DNA of 64,000 nt, taken from Candidatus Krumholzibacteriia bacterium (lineage in GTDB: Bacteria; Krumholzibacteriota; Krumholzibacteriia; Krumholzibacteriales; Krumholzibacteriaceae). The stretch spans positions 1,152,001 through 1,216,000 of the forward strand of contig CAWIIQ010000001.1 in the NCBI GenBank assembly GCA_963836185.1, given 5' to 3'. Positions 10,367-18,900 of the stretch are shown piece after piece. The number at the start of each line of letters is the position of its first letter. The stretch's first letter is position 1. The notes beneath the pieces were generated by a model. That model saw only the letters and a list, made by a program, of their open reading frames with translations, made no database searches and had not been told where the DNA came from. The position numbers and the translations under genes are program-made.

Positions 10367-11524
10367 TCACATCCTGTCGTTGCAGAGCATTCCCCAGATA
10401 CCTTTGAAGTATCCCAGGCCTGCGGACGTGACCCACTCTCCTTTCAGGCGTCCTTTTACACCGTGGTTGCGGCCGTACCACAGACCTTCGAACCAGCCCA
10501 TATCGTTGAGCGGATCGTCGGCGAATGTCGGGTTGAGGCCGTAATCCCCGGTGATGATTCCCATGAACTCGCCCTTCGGATTGATGTACTTACCGAAGAA
10601 CTTGTGTTCGCCGTTACTGTTGGCTCCGTAGATTCCCCTGACATGGCCTACGGCCCATCCTCTCTCACTTACCCATATGCCCTTGAAATGTCCGAGGATG
10701 ATGCCGCGCATCTTGCCGGTCTCTTCGTTGTACAGGGTGTCGGGCTCTTCGACATTGTTCCACTTGCCGAGCAGGTATCCGCTCGGGCAGCCCGGCAGCA
10801 GCCTGTGGCTTCCGATCGCCATGTAGTTATTGCACCTGTCGACGGGCTCCATCAGTTCAAGCGACTCGAGCTCGTCGAGCGTGAATGTCCGTTCGTACGG
10901 GCCGGCGACTATTGTCAGCGTCGGCACCGGGATCTCCTCGTCGGGAGTATCGGGCTGAGCTGTCGTTGAATCCGGATCGGGTACGGGAGGAACTATCAGG
11001 CGGACCTGGATCCCGTCCACGTGCGGGCAGGTGTGAGATTTCCACCTGATCGTGCCCGGGCCGGTCCTGGCGATCTCGTCGCGGGCGTCGAACTTGATGA
11101 CGCGCTCGATGACGATGATGCCGCCCTCGAGCTTCATTCCACCCGACCAGTCGACGGGGCAGCATTCATCGGCTACCATGCTGTCATCTACCGCGGCGAT
11201 CATCCTGCCCCACAGGGCGCGCAGCCGGTATATCCTGACACCGTGCCTTTCCTCCATATTGCGGACATGCTCCTCGTTACGGAGCGGGTCATCGTAGCCG
11301 CAATCCTCGCCCTCTCCCTCTTCGATAGCCATGAATGTCTCCGGCTCATCGAAAAGAGGCTCCTCGTCCGTTTCCGTGAATCCGCCTGTCGGTGAATCGA
11401 GATCGACGATCTGAAGCGCGGGATCGCTCAAGGTCGGCGATGTCGGATCATCGCTTACTGATTCGCATCCGGCCGCGATCAAAGCGAAGACGAGGATCAT
11501 TGATAATGAGAGAAATCTTTTCAT
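10367..11524 (-). CDS. Hypothetical lipoprotein with C-terminal Gx(F/L)xGxW repeats
   Basis: Lipobox MKRFLSLSMILVFALIAAG-C; GGAG RBS; 385 aa. Confidence 0.8.
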   Translation of the reverse strand: MKRFLSLSMILVFALIAAGCESVSDDPTSPTLSDPALQIVDLDSPTGGFTETDEEPLFDEPETFMAIEEGEGEDCGYDDPLRNEEHVRNMEERHGVRIYRLRALWGRMIAAVDDSMVADECCPVDWSGGMKLEGGIIVIERVIKFDARDEIARTGPGTIRWKSHTCPHVDGIQVRLIVPPVPDPDSTTAQPDTPDEEIPVPTLTIVAGPYERTFTLDELESLELMEPVDRCNNYMAIGSHRLLPGCPSGYLLGKWNNVEEPDTLYNEETGKMRGIILGHFKGIWVSERGWAVGHVRGIYGANSNGEHKFFGKYINPKGEFMGIITGDYGLNPTFADDPLNDMGWFEGLWYGRNHGVKGRLKGEWVTSAGLGYFKGIWGMLCNDRM

Positions 11525-11627
11525 CCTCTGCTCCTTCCCATAGGTGAACAAGAACTTAACTGCCTGCCTGGATTTACTTCTGGATGCCTGATTTATAGAT
11601 TTTCAACACCTTCACATCAACTGGATA

Positions 11628-11645
11628 TTGCAGGAGAAGTGCCGA
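11628..11645 (-). promoter_or_regulatory. Sigma54 (-24/-12) promoter
   Basis: Minus strand TCGGCACTTCTCCTGCAA has the GG-N10-GC spacing. Confidence 0.65.
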
Positions 11646-11683
11646 ATTGCACGATTCCGGGAATCATTTTGTAAAATACATAT

Positions 11684-11788
11684 TATAAAGGGGTTAGTCG
11701 GTTATCAGGAAATGTTTCTGTCGTAAAATTATCCCGAAGTTGTACCTGTGAGTACACAAACGGGGTTCAAGATGTCCACGCAGGTACA
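11684..11788. promoter_or_regulatory. IHF-like site plus two TGT-N10-ACA enhancer (bEBP) sites
   Basis: TATAAAGGGGTTA (one mismatch to WATCAANNNNTTR) at 11684; TGTACCTGTGAGTACA at 11741-11756 and TGTCCACGCAGGTACA at 11773-11788. Confidence 0.55.
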
Positions 11789-11811
11789 CTGACGGCTCTT
11801 CCGGATTAGGA

Positions 11812-11837
11812 TGCAACAAGATCAGTCGGGATGCGTA
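11812..11837 (+). promoter_or_regulatory. ECF-type promoter TGCAAC-N16-CGTA
   Basis: Lies 45 nt upstream of the 11883 ATG; resembles the motif upstream of the ECF sigma gene. Confidence 0.55.
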
Positions 11838-11882
11838 TCATAATACAGGCAGAGCGTTTCGATAACTGACGGAGGATGACCG

Positions 11883-12446
11883 ATGAAGAAGAAAATGTCC
11901 CTGATTGCCCTCGCTCTTGTCCTTTGTGTTGCCTTTACTGCCGGCGCACAGGCTCACAGGAACTGCAGGTACGATAAAGACGGGACCTTCAGGAACAAGA
12001 GCATCGATTTTGAGGACGGGACGCTTACGATCGAGCACGAGGACGAGGACTGGATAGTCGAGATAACAGATGAATACGATCTGTACGTGAACGGCGAGAG
12101 GGTAAGGGTCGACAGGGAGCAGAAGAAACTTCTGCGCAGATATTACCGCGACTACGAGGATATCGAGGAGATGGCCGGGGAGATCGGTGCGGACGCGGCA
12201 AAGATAGGCGTGGCCGGCGCGAAAATGGGAGTGGCCGCCGTGGCCTGCGTAGCGAAAATATTCCTCGAGGATTATGACTGCGACGTCGACATCGATATCG
12301 AAATTGACGAAGATGAGATCGAGAAGATGGCTGAAAAGCTCCAGAAAAAGGCCGAAAAGATCGAGGACAAGGCCGACGACCTGGAGAAGACACATAGAAA
12401 ACTGAGAAAATCGATCCCCGAGCTGGGAGACCTCGAGGACTTCTAG
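11883..12446 (+). CDS. Secreted YggN/DUF2884-like protein
   Basis: Signal peptide; ITDEYDLYVNGERV...QKKLLRRYY and helical C-terminus ending IPEL; GGAGG RBS. Family assigned from recalled pattern. Confidence 0.65.
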   Translation: MKKKMSLIALALVLCVAFTAGAQAHRNCRYDKDGTFRNKSIDFEDGTLTIEHEDEDWIVEITDEYDLYVNGERVRVDREQKKLLRRYYRDYEDIEEMAGEIGADAAKIGVAGAKMGVAAVACVAKIFLEDYDCDVDIDIEIDEDEIEKMAEKLQKKAEKIEDKADDLEKTHRKLRKSIPELGDLEDF

Positions 12447-12483
12447 CTGAGTATGGCGAAAGCCGAAAGGAGTGGGGGAAGAG

Positions 12484-12873
12484 ATGGAGCAGCATATTAC
12501 GATTCTTGGAGTACTGCATGTCGCCTACGGAGCGATCGGTATTCTCGTCGCGATGATCGTCTTCATGGCCATAGTGGGCGGAGGGATGCTTTCGGGCGAT
12601 GCTGAGGCCCTGGCGATCACTGGGCTCGTGGGCACATTGATTGCGACAATTCTCTTTATTCCGAGCCTGCCGGGGCTCATCGGCGGCCTTGGAATATTCA
12701 AGTACAGGCAGTGGGCGAGGATAACACTCCTCGTCGTAGGATTTGTCAACCTGCTGATCGTCCCCTTCGGGACGATCCTCGGTATATATACGATCTGGGT
12801 ACTTATGAATATCGAAGTGAAAGACATGTTCGATAGAGGGGCTGCTGGCGGGGTTGCACAGGGGGAATCATGA
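12484..12873 (+). CDS. Small integral membrane protein (3-4 TM)
   Basis: Hydrophobic helices; WARI...PFGTILGIYTIWVL motif. Confidence 0.8.
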   Translation: MEQHITILGVLHVAYGAIGILVAMIVFMAIVGGGMLSGDAEALAITGLVGTLIATILFIPSLPGLIGGLGIFKYRQWARITLLVVGFVNLLIVPFGTILGIYTIWVLMNIEVKDMFDRGAAGGVAQGES

Positions 12874-12940
12874 TCATGTTAAAGGATATCATCATCGAGA
12901 TATTCTATCTGATCTGGTACGGGGTCTGAGAGCCCGTCGA

Positions 12941-15136
12941 TCAGAAACGGTGTCCGAATCCGAACCAGAGCTTCATGCCGTTTCGTTCACTGCCCGAGAG
13001 GGTCAGTTCGGCCGGTCCCACAGGCGTGTCGTACGCGATGGTGCCGGCCCCACCGGTATAGGTATTCTCCTTTTTAAAGACATCGGCCCTGTCTTCTACA
13101 GCTGCGCCCATATTGAAATGGCCGGCGATAAGCCATCTGTGCGTTATTTCCAGGTGCATCTCGGCTCCGGCAAGGTAGGCGTTCGAGCCTGAGAACTCGA
13201 ATGGCTCGTATCCGTAGAACGAGACGTTACGCTCACCATAATAATCAAACCATGAAGTGATCCCGCCGAGATAGTACCTGTGGTGGGGGAGGGGCCTGCC
13301 GCCCCCGGTGTGCCCGTAAAGGAATCTGCCTCTCAGCGAGACGCGGCTGTGAATGGGGATGGCAGCCAGGAAACCGGCGTTTGCCCTGTTGTACGAGACA
13401 TCGTTTACAGACATCTCGGGGAAGTACTGGCCGGACGCCTTCAACTCGATCCCCCTGCGCGGCATCCAGGAGCGGTCCAGTGTATCGAGCCAGAAATCCC
13501 CGCCGGCGAAGAAGAGGCCCCCGGCCTCGGTCTCCGTCCCGGAAGGCGCTATATCCGGCCTTATGCTGTACCATTCCCCGCCGGCCGCAACCATGCACCG
13601 GAACATATAGCCCGGTTCGACTTCCGCAATCAGTGCCGCCCTGCCGGCCCTTACTCCCCATCTGCTCGTCCTTGTTCCGTCGTCGTATGACTCGATATAG
13701 TCGTCGACGTATTTTCCTCCCATCCCCGGCATCAGCCAGTGCCCCAGCCCGGCATCGATCGTATAGATCCCGAGCAGGTCTACCCGCTGGCTGAATACCA
13801 TGTCGAGATTGAGTGTCGAACCATGGCCTATCAGATTCTTCATCTGGGCTCCGAGGAGTACCGAGAATGACCAGCGCGTATCGTACCTCAGTCCGAGGCC
13901 GATATAGCCCGGCAGCTCTTCCTCTATATCGAGGACGAGGGTCGTGTCGTCGCCGTCCTCTTCGAAGCGGTACGATATCTTCGAGAAGTTGCCGGTGCTG
14001 TACATCCTCTGCAGCGCCCAGTCCATGTCGTCCGCCGTTATGGAAGCGGGGGCCTTGAATCCGATAAGCCTCGATACGATCTTCGATGAAACCATGGAAA
14101 GGCCGTCGAACCTTATCTTCGTTATATCGATCGATGTCACTGGGGTCCTGTCCATCTGTTCCGGGGGCTCGCGGAACCCTCCGGTTCTCTCGACCAGGGC
14201 GCGGATCTCGTCGATATGAGCGCGCGCAGCTTTCTCGCCCTGCTCGATTATAAAGGGGATGTTATCGAAGTCGAGGGTGCCAGTAGTTCCAAGGTCAGGT
14301 TTTATGTAGAGATCGCAAAACTCCTTCTGCTCGTCCAGCGTCGATCTCATCAGGATGTTGATTGTCTGATCGGTTATTTCAAGCAGGTTCTGGAGGCTGT
14401 CCGCCCCGACGAGTTCGCTGGATACATCGATACATATAACGATGTCGGCGCCGAGATTGAAAGCGTCGACAGTCGGGAGGTTCCTCACGAGCCCTCCGTC
14501 GACGAGAAGCACCCCGTCCCATTCGACAGGGGTGAAGGCTGTCGGTATAGCCATGCTTGCTCTCATGGCGTCCGCGAGGCTGCCGTTGTCGATCAAGTAC
14601 GGAGTACCTCGGGCTATGTCGGTTGCGACGCAGGCAAAATCACGAGGCAGCTCGCTGAAATCGTCTATCTCTATGACGGGCCATGTCAGTTCATAAAAGA
14701 GCCTGTGGATCTTCTGCCCCTTGATTATGCCGGAGGGGAGACCGACTCTTCCGTCGACGAAAGGGAACGAGAGAAGGTACCTGTCCCTGAAGTTCTTCTG
14801 GCGCATCGTCAGGTACCGGCGGTCGACAGTCTCCAGGAAGACATCGAACCAGTCGACGCCGTTGGCCATATCCTCGAGAAAGGCGGGGGAGTATCCTGCT
14901 GCGTAGAGCCCTCCGATGATCGAGCCCATGCTCGTCCCGGTGACGATATCGGCCTGGATCCCCTCCTCCTCGAAGACCTTCAGCACGCCTATATGGGCGA
15001 GGCCCTTGGCGCCGCCCCCGCTGAAGGCGATGCCGATCTTCGGCCTGTCCTGCCGCGAATCGGCGGCATGGAGGAGGCCTGTGAATGAGAAAAGGACTAT
15101 GACTGCGAGCAGCGACGTTCTGATATTGATTTTCAT
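12941..15136 (-). CDS. Patatin-like phospholipase with POTRA and Omp85-type barrel (PlpD/type Vd-like)
   Basis: SGGGAKG, GTSMG (GxSxG) and DGG motifs; POTRA-like segment; beta-strand-rich C-terminus ending in F; signal peptide. Confidence 0.9.
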   Translation of the reverse strand: MKINIRTSLLAVIVLFSFTGLLHAADSRQDRPKIGIAFSGGGAKGLAHIGVLKVFEEEGIQADIVTGTSMGSIIGGLYAAGYSPAFLEDMANGVDWFDVFLETVDRRYLTMRQKNFRDRYLLSFPFVDGRVGLPSGIIKGQKIHRLFYELTWPVIEIDDFSELPRDFACVATDIARGTPYLIDNGSLADAMRASMAIPTAFTPVEWDGVLLVDGGLVRNLPTVDAFNLGADIVICIDVSSELVGADSLQNLLEITDQTINILMRSTLDEQKEFCDLYIKPDLGTTGTLDFDNIPFIIEQGEKAARAHIDEIRALVERTGGFREPPEQMDRTPVTSIDITKIRFDGLSMVSSKIVSRLIGFKAPASITADDMDWALQRMYSTGNFSKISYRFEEDGDDTTLVLDIEEELPGYIGLGLRYDTRWSFSVLLGAQMKNLIGHGSTLNLDMVFSQRVDLLGIYTIDAGLGHWLMPGMGGKYVDDYIESYDDGTRTSRWGVRAGRAALIAEVEPGYMFRCMVAAGGEWYSIRPDIAPSGTETEAGGLFFAGGDFWLDTLDRSWMPRRGIELKASGQYFPEMSVNDVSYNRANAGFLAAIPIHSRVSLRGRFLYGHTGGGRPLPHHRYYLGGITSWFDYYGERNVSFYGYEPFEFSGSNAYLAGAEMHLEITHRWLIAGHFNMGAAVEDRADVFKKENTYTGGAGTIAYDTPVGPAELTLSGSERNGMKLWFGFGHRF

Positions 15137-15143
15137 GGCGGCA

Positions 15144-15172
15144 ATGCTAGCAGTAATCGGGATTCCGTGCAA
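15144..15172 (-). promoter_or_regulatory. Sigma70 promoter of the patatin gene, probably leaderless
   Basis: TTGCAC-N17-TAGCAT ends 7 nt before ATG 15136; no SD sequence. Confidence 0.5.
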
Positions 15173-15196
15173 GAGTTGCGGAGACAGAGGGGAGGG

Positions 15197-15919
15197 TCAG
15201 ATGAACTTTTCCCTCTTCTGAAGATTGTACAGTCCCCAGAGGATAGCGATAATGCTTCCAACAGCGAGTATGATCCGGTTCTGGTATACGATCCCGGACC
15301 AGACGGCTTCAGTCATCTGGTCCGGCACCCTGAAAGGATTGAGGAAGAGGTTCCACTTGCTCTTCGAGAGGGACTCGGTGGCTATCCAGAACGCCATGCC
15401 GATGACGACCATTACAACCGCCGTCCCGTTACCGTTCCTTACGATCGTCGAGAACATGAATGAAAGGGCTCCGAGGAAGAAGATCGGGAACATCAGCTGG
15501 TAGACCATCTCGAGGATCGGCACCGATGCGAATACGACCGAGCTCAGGGCGGCGAGGACCACGAGAAGCACGAACTCGATCAGCCAGATAAGGGCCATCC
15601 TGGAGAGCCAGACCTTGTACCTGTAGTCGGGGATCCCGAAGAGTATCTCTATCATCCGTGAATCGACATCGTTCTGTATCCCGAAGGCTGTGGGGTAGAA
15701 GATCAGCAGGATTCCGGGGAAGAGGAGGATGTCAAAGACGTCATGAATGCCCGGATTGTTGTCGGAAGAGAAGAACGAGATCGCTCCCGCTGCGAGGAAG
15801 AAGATGAACGCGGCGAGCAGGAAGTATACGAACCTGTTGGCGAAGACGATCTTCAGGTTATACGAGGCTATCTTCCTCGCCGAAAAGAAAAGATTGCGTG
15901 CACGGTCAAACCTGCGCAT
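15197..15919 (-). CDS. ABC-2-type permease (about 6 TM)
   Basis: Six hydrophobic helices; DVDSRMIEILFGIP resembles the ABC-2 coupling region; start overlaps the upstream fusion gene. Confidence 0.75.
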   Translation of the reverse strand: MRRFDRARNLFFSARKIASYNLKIVFANRFVYFLLAAFIFFLAAGAISFFSSDNNPGIHDVFDILLFPGILLIFYPTAFGIQNDVDSRMIEILFGIPDYRYKVWLSRMALIWLIEFVLLVVLAALSSVVFASVPILEMVYQLMFPIFFLGALSFMFSTIVRNGNGTAVVMVVIGMAFWIATESLSKSKWNLFLNPFRVPDQMTEAVWSGIVYQNRIILAVGSIIAILWGLYNLQKREKFI

Positions 15920-18900
15920 CAGCTTCACCTCCCGCAGCTTCCTCTATCGCTGTCCTTGCTCCGAGTATGTCGCTTCCGGATGACCTGAGCAGCCAGAGGT
16001 AGGCATCCTCGAGTGTCGGCCTCGCCTCATGCGCGTCAGGAACGGGGCTCGCGTCTGCGAGGCACCTGACCTTGATCATCTCTCCGTCTCGCATGTGATG
16101 GACTACGACATGCTCTTTTCTGATCCTCTCGAAATCTCCCGGCGGCACGCTGAAGGTCCATACCTTCCCGGCCGCCGTGGCGGTCATCTTCGTCGGTTCA
16201 TCGAGATAGAGGAGCTGGCCTCTGTTGAGCACGGCCACGCGATTGCATGAGCTGTAGATATCCTCGATGATATGCGTCGAGAAGATGACGACCCTTTCCC
16301 TGCTCAGTTCGACGAGAAGGTTGCGGAACCTGATCCTCTCACGCGGGTCGAGGCCCGCTGTCGGCTCGTCGACCACGAGGATCCTCGGGAGGTGGAGAAG
16401 GATCTGCGCGATTCCGACCCGCTGTTTCATCCCGCCCGAGAATGCGCCGATCTTTCTTTCGGCATGTTCCTCTATATGCACAGCTTCGAGGACGTAGTCG
16501 ACCATCTCACGGCGTTTCTTCTCGTCGCCGAGCCCCTTGAGTATTGCCTGGTAGTCGAGAAACTCCCTTGCTGTCATGTTCTCGTACGTCCCGAATTCCT
16601 GCGGCAGGTAACCGATCAGCCCCTGCAGCTCCTCGCGTTTCTTAGACGTGTCGATCCCGTTTATGTAGACCTTTCCATACGACTGGTCGAGGATCCCGCA
16701 GATAACCCGCATCAGTGTCGTCTTGCCCGCTCCGTTCGGGCCGAGGAGGCCGAACATCCCGCTCCCGATCTCGAGTGAGACGCGATCGAGGGCCTTGAAC
16801 TGCTGCTTGCGCTTTCCAATCAGGGGGATCATCAGCACGAGTCGGTAAAGGGCCCGGCGTATCCCGGCGAACCTGCCCTCGACCCTCGCGATGTTTATCT
16901 TCTTCCTGTGCAGCCTGCGGGAGGTCGAGAAGATCGCCGCTGCGGGAAACCAGAGGATGGCGATAAATATCACAGCAGCGAGGTTGCCCCACTTCATGTA
17001 GAAGATGACGAGGTTCACGAGGGGGAAGAGCCAGATGAAACTCTTTGAAATAGTTCTCGCGATCCGGAAACGTGACAGCTGAGCGCTCCAGCATTTCCAT
17101 GCGTATATGAGGAAGAAGAAGAGGGCGTGTGAGAGGACGAAGGCCCAGAAGAATGAAGAGAGATAGAAATAGATGAAGTAGACCATGAATCCGAGAACGG
17201 GGAGCTGCCAGAGCAGATCGCCGGCATCGCTGGTTCGTATGTCTCCGCGGCGTTCCCTGATCCTGTTCCCCTTGTTCCATTCGCGCATGAACTTCGACGG
17301 CTGGTCATATATCTTGACGAGGTTGCGCACCGTGATCGTAATAGCGCTTTTGCGGTCGATGACCTTCTCAGACGCCTTTCTCAGGCTCGCCAGGATAAAC
17401 CAGGTGACAGCCGGGACGAGAAGTACGACCGTGGCGAAGAGGGCCGATCTCCAGATCAGTGATTCGATCTTTACCTGGACAAGCCAGATGCCGAGGACTC
17501 CCGCGACCAGCTGGCCGAGCTTGATCCTGATGTCCAGGCCCCGTATCCAGGCCATGGCCGAATCGAGGCCGGAGTAGACGACAGGTATGAAAACGAGGGT
17601 GAATATGGTGCTGACGGTCAGTCCGCCTATGACAGTGATCGCAAACGGCGCCCCGATCACCGAGATCTCTTCCTCCTTGCCCATCGCCAGTGGTATCATC
17701 GCAACGATCGTCGTGATCGCTGTTATGAGGATCGGTCTGACCCTCGCGTCGCCTGCCGTTATCAGGGCCCTCGTCGTGCGGTAGCCGCGGCGCTTCAGGA
17801 TCAGGGAGTAATCGATCAGTATGATCCCGTTGTTTACGACAACACCGAGGAGTATGAGGAACCCGGTCATCGTATAAGGATCGACGATAGATGTGCGTGT
17901 AAAGATCAGGAGCCAGAGGGATCCTATCGCGGCAAGAGGGATAGTGAACATCATCACAACGGGAGTCGTCAGCGACTCGAATACCGAAGCGAGTATCATG
18001 TAGATCAGGATGAAGGCAGCGAGGATGAGGAACTTGAACTCATCGATACCGGTGTCTTCCTCCACTATCTCCACGGCCATACCCTGCGGGACGACCAGTC
18101 CGGCGATCAGTTCCTCTATCTCGAGCTCGGCAGCTTCCTGCAGGTTTCTCGAGCCGTTTATCTCATCGATGAATGAATAGGTTATCTTGACCTGCTTTTC
18201 CTGGTTGACCCTGTTGATCGATGTCATCCCCCTTGTGTATACGACATCGGTTATGTCCTCAAGGTCGACGATGGCTCCAGAAGGGGATTCAAGTGACATC
18301 TCGCGAAGTTCATCAGCGCTGCGTTCCTCGACACCGTCACTTCTTATGATGATCTCGTATTCATCCGTCCCGTCCTTGAAGACCTGTCCGGTGGAATACT
18401 CCGGCTGGAAGGAGTTGAGCTCCATGCCTATCGAATTGAGGGTCAGGCCGTGCCAGCTAAGCATCGGCATATCGAACATCAGCTGTATCTCCGGGCTGCC
18501 GGGTGTCACGTCAAAATTCGCCGATGCCGTCGAGGCGAGATTATCGACATACTCGACGAGGTTGGAGGCGAACATCGACATCGCTTCGAAATCGTTTCCC
18601 TTTACTACGATACTCTTCTGCTGTCCTCCCAGCCCGAAGAATCCTCCCATCGCTCCGCCCATTCCGCCACCGCGTCTGCCCCTGTATCTTGTGCTGTTTG
18701 ACGGTTCCTCGAACGACACATCGCCGGTCCTGAAATCATGGAGCCGCTGCCTGGCGTCGCTTTTTACCTCGTGGATACTGCGGCCGTCGATTTCAGTGTA
18801 GTCTTCCTTCATAACGAGTGTGAGACGGGCATCCTCTTCATGAACCTCGACGAAAAGGTCCTCGGTCTCAGCGATCCCGGTAAGCCTTTCCTCCATATCG

